Shown here piece by piece: positions 25,803 to 30,338 of a DNA stretch of 32,000 nucleotides (positions within the stretch are counted from its first letter, which is position 1; every line of letters begins with the position of its first letter). Below the pieces are notes generated by a model. It saw only the letters and a program-made list of their open reading frames with translations. It did no database searches and had not been told where the DNA came from. Source of the DNA: Thermodesulfobacteriota bacterium (GTDB taxonomy: Bacteria > Desulfobacterota > WTBG01 > JAGOGO01); NCBI GenBank assembly GCA_026625185.1, contig CP113000.1, forward strand, positions 433,541-465,540, given 5' to 3'. The position numbers and the translations under genes were made by a program.

Positions 25803-26549
25803 CTACTTCCTTCCCCCTCCTTCATGACTTCCCTGTTGTTGCTCTGAATGCTGTTGTTGACCCCCGCGGAATTGTTGACCCGACTCTCGATTTTGTTGTT
25901 CTACTTTCCCCCTTTCACGGTTTCCCTGTTGTTGTTGTGTGTCCTGTTGGTGAGCATCTCGGGATTGCGGACCTGCATCCCGGTGTTGTTGTTGAACGTT
26001 CCCTCTTTCTTGAGTTCTTTGTTGCTGCACTCCTCGAGATGGTTGTTGTGATCGCCTTTGGTCTCGCCAACCTTGGACACCCCATGTTTTTTGCTCCCAA
26101 TGCTTATTTTTTTCCCAGTTCTTCCAGTTTCGTTCAACTTCTCGGTAATGTATTTGTTGGTAGTTCCACCGATGCCCTCTCCAACGACGATTCCGGTAGT
26201 CATTCCTCCAGTATGTGGGTATCCCTCTATAAAAAGATGGAAACCCTTGATAGTAGCCCCAACCTGAGTTGTAGTGCCGTGAACGATACCAGTGTCCTTG
26301 CCACGGACGCCACCACCAACCATTATGGAAAAAGAGGTCAACTTCTATGTCAGGGACGCCGTAAACATACGTCCCAGGCAGCACTACCAACCTCGGTGGT
26401 CCGCCAAATACGATGGGCAGCGGCAGACCAATGCCAATGTGTGCATCTACATCTGCCCTTGCCATCGTTGGACCATGACCTACAATTACCAACGCCAAAA
26501 GCAATATTCCCAAAATTAACTTTTTCACTTTGTTACCCCCTATACACAT
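25803..26549 (-). CDS. Secreted W/R/Y-rich protein with a Q-rich hydrophilic tail
   Basis: Signal segment KKLILGILLLALVIVGHGPTMARA. Then FFHNGWWWRPWQGHWYRSRHYNSGWGYYQGF...WRNDYRNRRWRGHRWNYQQ..., with a tail QQQRTQERGNVQQQHRDAGPQSRDAHQQDTQQQQGNRERGKVEQQ... The start is ATG 26549 or GTG 26528 (GGGGGT SD). The first 47 codons of the track ORF (to 26690) belong to the upstream remnant. Confidence 0.65.
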   Translation of the reverse strand: MCIGGNKVKKLILGILLLALVIVGHGPTMARADVDAHIGIGLPLPIVFGGPPRLVVLPGTYVYGVPDIEVDLFFHNGWWWRPWQGHWYRSRHYNSGWGYYQGFPSFYRGIPTYWRNDYRNRRWRGHRWNYQQIHYREVERNWKNWEKNKHWEQKTWGVQGWRDQRRSQQPSRGVQQQRTQERGNVQQQHRDAGPQSRDAHQQDTQQQQGNRERGKVEQQNRESGQQFRGGQQQHSEQQQGSHEGGGRK

Positions 26550-26571
26550 GATTGTTTTGTCTTTTACTTTA

Positions 26572-26721
26572 TTATCCTTTCCTTCTCTGATTCCCACAAC
26601 CAGCAGCACGATGCTGCCCACGAGCGCGATCGGCTCCCACGATCGGCGGCAGGGGAAGCGGCTGAAAGCCGGCAGAGTCAGCGTTGACACTCATTAGAGA
26701 TATAAATTGTTTTGCCTTCAT
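26572..26721 (-). pseudogene. Remnant of a third 2-TM-family gene (C-terminal half only, frameshifted)
   Basis: From ATG 26721: MKAKQFISLMSVNADSAGFQPLPLPPIVGA, then out of frame. The +1 frame continues IALVGSIVLLVVGIREGK, matching LPLPPIVGGIALVGGIVVLVIGSKKG of paralogue B. The DNA block CCCACGAGCGCGAT is shared with both paralogues. Confidence 0.45.
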
Positions 26722-26744
26722 GGCACGTTCTCCATTTATTGTTC

Positions 26745-26852
26745 TTACTGTTGTTTTATGAACCCTTTCACTCCGAAGACCTCATGGCTTTCAGAGTTTT
26801 GGTTATGGTGTATCATGCAACCGCAGCCGGGGGCACAAGGTATCTTTTTCAT
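26745..26852 (-). CDS. Candidate 35 aa Cys/His-rich micro-protein
   Basis: GAGGAAAA SD-like sequence then ATG 26852: MKKIPCAPGCGCMIHHNQNSESHEVFGVKGFIKQQ*. No homology recognised, so this could be a chance ORF. Confidence 0.3.
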   Translation of the reverse strand: MKKIPCAPGCGCMIHHNQNSESHEVFGVKGFIKQQ

Positions 26853-26948
26853 AAAAATTTTCCTCATGCTCATTCCGGAAAATTTTGTTTTACGGTCAAA
26901 GGGCCGGATCAATTCAAAACGCCTTTTTGACCCCTTGACCTCGTGCTC

Positions 26949-27464
26949 CTATTCCACGATGATTTTAAAATCAACTCTCCTGTTATTCTTTGCTGCCCCT
27001 GATTCCGTGATCTCAGGGTTCGGTTCAGACATTTCCAGTCTTGTCTCGCCATATCCGATTGTAGAAAGTCTGTCTGGTGCAATTCCTCCTTGAATGAGGA
27101 ATTCTTCGACCTCCATTGCTCTTCTTTCGCTCAACATTTGGTTGTATTGATCAGTACCGATAGCAGAGGTATTCCCTTGAATATGGACTGCAACTTCAGA
27201 ATTTTCTTTTAGGACCTGGATATTTCTTTCCAGTATCGTCTGCGCTTCTTGTGTAAGAGTCCACTTATCGAAATCAAAATACACGGGATCAAGGAGAATT
27301 ACCTTCTTTACAACCTGCGGCTCAGCTATCACCACTGGTTCCGGTTTCGGCTCAGGCCTAATCTCAGCTCTTTGTTTCGACGGACAGGCACACCCAACCA
27401 TTAAACTCAGGGAAAATACGGCAGTGACGACCATGAGCACTCTTTTTGTTGTTATTGCTTGCAT
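26949..27464 (-). CDS. OmpA-family (Pal-like) peptidoglycan-binding lipoprotein
   Basis: Lipobox SLSLMVGC. OmpA_C motifs: VYFDFDKWTLTQEAQTILERN..., IQGNTSAIGTDQYNQMLSERRAMEV, IGYGE, NNRRVDF. Confidence 0.85.
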   Translation of the reverse strand: MQAITTKRVLMVVTAVFSLSLMVGCACPSKQRAEIRPEPKPEPVVIAEPQVVKKVILLDPVYFDFDKWTLTQEAQTILERNIQVLKENSEVAVHIQGNTSAIGTDQYNQMLSERRAMEVEEFLIQGGIAPDRLSTIGYGETRLEMSEPNPEITESGAAKNNRRVDFKIIVE

Positions 27465-27604
27465 TTTTAAACCTCCTGAATGAATTTTTTTGTTTTTACA
27501 ACCTTGACATAGCTACAAAAATCTTTTCCCTTTCTCGCCTCCTTCCTGCCCGTTTTGCCTTCCTTGATCCTGACAGTGTATCCTTGAGTGCCTTAACCTT
27601 TTTC

Positions 27605-27964
27605 TCATCTCAGTCCATCTGTCATAAGGACATTTTCTATGAGATCCATTCCCGCCGTGTGTGACACAGTGTTGAAACGCAATTCAGGTTGTTCGCTCAG
27701 TAAATCCATAAGCAAGAGCAGCCGCTGTTGATTCTCTTTGCGGATGTGGCTCTCAAGATTTTCCTGGGTCGCCCATGTCTCCAGCAGGACGAAGGCATTT
27801 TTGTCTTCCACATCTTGATAGAGACGATAACTCAGGCAACCTCTTTCCACCCGCGTGGGTTCGAGCATACTTCGCATTGTTTCTAAGAAATCACTCCGCC
27901 TTTCAGGCCGGACGATCATTCTTAATGTCGCAAGTATTTTTGGCTCCACTCGCCCTCCGTACAT
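27605..27964 (-). CDS. ABM (antibiotic-biosynthesis-monooxygenase-fold) domain protein
   Basis: ILATLRMIVRPERRSDFLETMRSMLEPTRVERGCLSYRLYQDVEDKNAFVLLETWATQENLESHIR. The start codon is uncertain because the SD is weak. Confidence 0.65.
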   Translation of the reverse strand: MYGGRVEPKILATLRMIVRPERRSDFLETMRSMLEPTRVERGCLSYRLYQDVEDKNAFVLLETWATQENLESHIRKENQQRLLLLMDLLSEQPELRFNTVSHTAGMDLIENVLMTDGLR

Positions 27965-28024
27965 TCAGACATCGGATCCCGTTGTGTTGTGTTGTATGTT
28001 GTGTATATCATTCACTTAATGGCG

Positions 28025-28144
28025 TTATTCGTGATCACCATACGCTCCGCGGTCATGCGGACCGTACCCGCGGTCCCAAAAACAGGCAGAAAAACAGGTG
28101 ACAAGCAGGATAATGGCTAAAAATGACATAACTGGTCTTCTCAT
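28025..28144 (-). CDS. Candidate 39 aa lipoprotein/secreted peptide
   Basis: AAGGAGA SD then ATG 28144: MRRPVMSFLAIILLVTCFSACFWDRGYGPHDRGAYGDHE*. Below the track cut-off. Confidence 0.5.
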   Translation of the reverse strand: MRRPVMSFLAIILLVTCFSACFWDRGYGPHDRGAYGDHE

Positions 28145-28175
28145 CTTGTCTCCTTCTTTACCTTTATTTACCGGA

Positions 28176-28316
28176 CTATTTTCCTGAAGAGTCTTCGATG
28201 GCCCCTCCGAGGCTCTCTACGTCCTGGCCGACACCTTTGACGGTATGGCAGCCTGACAGGGACCACATACACATGCACATAATAAGCACTACAGCTGCTG
28301 CGATTTTCTTTTTCAT
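28176..28316 (-). CDS. Entericidin A/B-family small lipoprotein
   Basis: From internal ATG 28316: MKKKIAAAVVLIMCMCMWSLSGCHTVKGVGQDVESLGGAIEDSSGK. The lipobox LSGC followed by ..G.G.D....G..I is the entericidin pattern. Confidence 0.8.
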   Translation of the reverse strand: MKKKIAAAVVLIMCMCMWSLSGCHTVKGVGQDVESLGGAIEDSSGK

Positions 28317-28409
28317 TTCTCTTTCCTTTCGATAAATGGTAATAATTTTTTTTGATTCATCTATCACATCAAAAGGGAACAGGCTTTGGTGTTTGCTAAT
28401 GGATTGAAT

Positions 28410-28425
28410 AGCAGAATGTGTGCCG
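28410..28425 (-). promoter_or_regulatory. Candidate sigma-54 (-24/-12) promoter for the entericidin operon
   Basis: Minus strand 5'-CGGCACACATTCTGCT-3' versus consensus TGGCAC-N5-TTGCW. The GG-N10-GC spacing is exact. It lies about 95 nt upstream of ATG 28316. Confidence 0.5.
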
Positions 28426-28525
28426 GGATTGTTGTTGACAGGACAGGAGTTGCTATGCTAATGAAAACATTGAAATTTCAGCGAAGACTTTAATGGAGGA
28501 ATGATACTGTTGAAGACGCCGTTTG

Positions 28526-28560
28526 CTGATATATCAGGAGTCTCCTGATATATCAGGAGT
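28526..28560. promoter_or_regulatory. Twin palindromic sites (candidate enhancer/UAS)
   Basis: CTGATATATCAGGAGT occurs at 28526-28541 and 28545-28560. The second lies within the perfect 18-bp palindrome CTCCTGATATATCAGGAG (28542-28559). The sites sit roughly 100-135 bp upstream of the -24 element. Confidence 0.45.
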
Positions 28561-28740
28561 TTTCTTATTTCTTTGGATGCCCAGTCTTTGCATCCTCGAT
28601 TCAAGCGTCTTTGGATTGATGCCTAAAATCTTTGCTGCAACGTGCTTGCCGCTCACTCGCCCTCTGGTGGTGTTCAACGACTCGATAATGCGGCGTTTTT
28701 CTACCTCTTCGAGAGTCCCTGCCGGTTCTGCATCTGACTT
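28534..28740 (-). pseudogene. 3' fragment of a sigma-54 enhancer-binding protein gene (Fis-type HTH only)
   Basis: ...KSDAEPAGTLEEVEKRRIIESLNTTRGRVSGKHVAAKILGINPKTLESRMQRLGIQRNKKTPDISGDS*. This is a typical NtrC-family C-terminus. There is no AAA+ or receiver domain and no in-frame start. An intrinsic terminator lies immediately upstream. Confidence 0.65.
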
Positions 28741-28756
28741 TACAATTTGGAAGGCA

Positions 28757-28790
28757 ATAAAAAAAGAGGTTATCTCTAACCTCTTAATTT
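28757..28790 (-). terminator. Intrinsic terminator after the 57 aa gene (hairpin usable on both strands)
   Basis: AAGAGGTTA-tctc-TAACCTCTT (28764-28785), a 9-bp stem. On the minus strand it is followed by TTTTTTT. Confidence 0.7.
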
Positions 28791-28831
28791 TGTTTATGGA
28801 GCTGGTGGTAATAAAATAACGTTTTCTGCCA

Positions 28832-29005
28832 TTATTTTGTTTTTATTTCTGAAGAAGGATTTCCTTGTGCTTTTGAAACATTGTGAGAATTTTTTTCTAA
28901 CCTGCAACTTCCTGACATGCACACGGCATACCCTTTCACATAAGGCCACACAAATCCCCACAGAAACATTGCCACCATTAAAAGATATAGGATCTTTTTC
29001 CTCAT
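28832..29005 (-). CDS. Candidate 57 aa secreted/membrane peptide
   Basis: AAAGGAGA SD then ATG 29005: MRKKILYLLMVAMFLWGFVWPYVKGYAVCMSGSCRLEKNSHNVSKAQGNPSSEIKTK*. The terminator lies 40 nt downstream. Confidence 0.5.
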   Translation of the reverse strand: MRKKILYLLMVAMFLWGFVWPYVKGYAVCMSGSCRLEKNSHNVSKAQGNPSSEIKTK

Positions 29006-29076
29006 TGCTATATCTCCTTTAAACGCTACCCATCCCTCATCCGTTCCCTGGTGAATGAATTGAAACGTATTTTAAT

Positions 29077-29101
29077 AGCAAATATTTGCTTATGCAAGCA
29101 A
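29077..29101. promoter_or_regulatory. Overlapping palindromes (candidate operator) upstream of the 57 aa gene
   Basis: A perfect 14-bp palindrome AGCAAATATTTGCT (29077-29090) overlaps TTGCTT-atgc-AAGCAA (29086-29101). Confidence 0.35.
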
Positions 29102-29203
29102 TTATCTGTATTAACCGAGAATTTACTTTTATGCATGAAAACTCTTATTCGCAAAAAGTTTTCCACAGTATCATATCATAGGTTTCTCTTTTATAAGTCA
29201 TGA

Positions 29204-29816
29204 CCACCGGCATAGCCGGTGGCTTGATAATGTGAACCGCTCAAAGCGGTTAACTTTGCAGGGCCTTTTGACGTTGACCGTCTACTTGAACAAACTCAGC
29301 TGTTCGATCCTTTTGTCCTCTTTTTCTTGTGACCTGATATAGTTCTGAATCGCTTCTTCGTCTTTCCCTACGGTCGAAACATGATATCCTCTGGCCCAGA
29401 AATGTTGTCCCGTAAAGTTTCTTCTTTTGCCAAAATGTTCACTTGCGATATGTATCGCCCTTTTGCCCTTTATGAACCCTATGATTTGTGACACTGCATA
29501 CTTGGGTGATATCGATATTAGCATATGCGCGTGGTCGGGCATAAGATGCCCCTCTACTATTTTACATTCTTTCCTTAGCGCCAGATACCTCAGTACTTCA
29601 CCCAAATATTTCCGTAATTCTTTATAAATCTGTTTCTTGCGATATTTTGGAATCCATGTTACATGATACTTGCATTCCCATTTCTTATGACTTAAACTTT
29701 GAACGCTATTCATTGAAAGCCTCTCTTTCGTGATGCTTGAGCGATTCACGTTATGAGGGGCTTTCATATATTCCCGGAATTGTCAAACCCTGGGAGTCCA
29801 CCGGCAGAGCCGGTGG
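29204..29816 (-). mobile_element. IS200/IS605-family element (TnpA only) bounded by matching subterminal hairpins
   Basis: CCACCGGC-ata-GCCGGTGG (29204-29222) plus AACCGCT-caa-AGCGGTT (29235-29251) lie on one side. CCACCGGC-aga-GCCGGTGG (29798-29816) lies on the other. The exact cleavage ends are not determinable. Confidence 0.75.
29282..29713 (-). CDS. tnpA: IS200-type Y1 (HUH) transposase TnpA
   Basis: MNSVQSLSHKKWECKYHVTWIPKYRKK..., HUH motif PDHAHMLI, ...ARGYHVSTVG, IQNYIRSQE. The start could alternatively be ATG 29767. Confidence 0.85.
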   Translation of the reverse strand: MNSVQSLSHKKWECKYHVTWIPKYRKKQIYKELRKYLGEVLRYLALRKECKIVEGHLMPDHAHMLISISPKYAVSQIIGFIKGKRAIHIASEHFGKRRNFTGQHFWARGYHVSTVGKDEEAIQNYIRSQEKEDKRIEQLSLFK

Positions 29817-30165
29817 TTTACCCTGGATTAATTAAGGGAGAGGGTCAATTATGAACCTGCTTTTTAAATCGTAACTTATTTGCTGTTCTATTTGCTCACG
29901 CTACTACAAGTGATTGGAATATCGGTTAGCCGTTTTTTTTAACATTACTGAAACAAAGAAAACAACTTGTTTACAAATTTTTTCCTTTTTAACCTATACG
30001 CCTAAATGGGACTTCTCTCGGGTCGGAAAAATTCCAACTGACATTCCTTTAAAAAAAGAATTCTTTTTTACAATAGTCTTACTTTTACCAATAAAAAAGG
30101 GCCCCGAATTGAGATCCTTTCATTAAATTTTTGAGAAGTACCAGACCTTGCCCTTTTTTAAAGAA

Positions 30166-30195
30166 AATGGACGGAGAAAAACTTGTCCGTCCATT
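30166..30195 (-). terminator. Candidate intrinsic terminator downstream of the sensor kinase
   Basis: AATGGACGGA-N10-TCCGTCCATT (10-bp stem). On the minus strand it is followed by TTCTTT. It lies about 145 nt after the kinase stop. Confidence 0.45.
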
Positions 30196-30338
30196 TAAGG
30201 AAGAGGAGATTTGAGGATAGCTCCAAAATAAATCTCTACCCATAAAAAGAAAATAAGGTGCATTGCTTATTTTCACGAAAAAAAGACAGTATTTTGAACG
30301 GAAATTTTTGGATGGGATAGCAGGGGAGCTAACAATAA

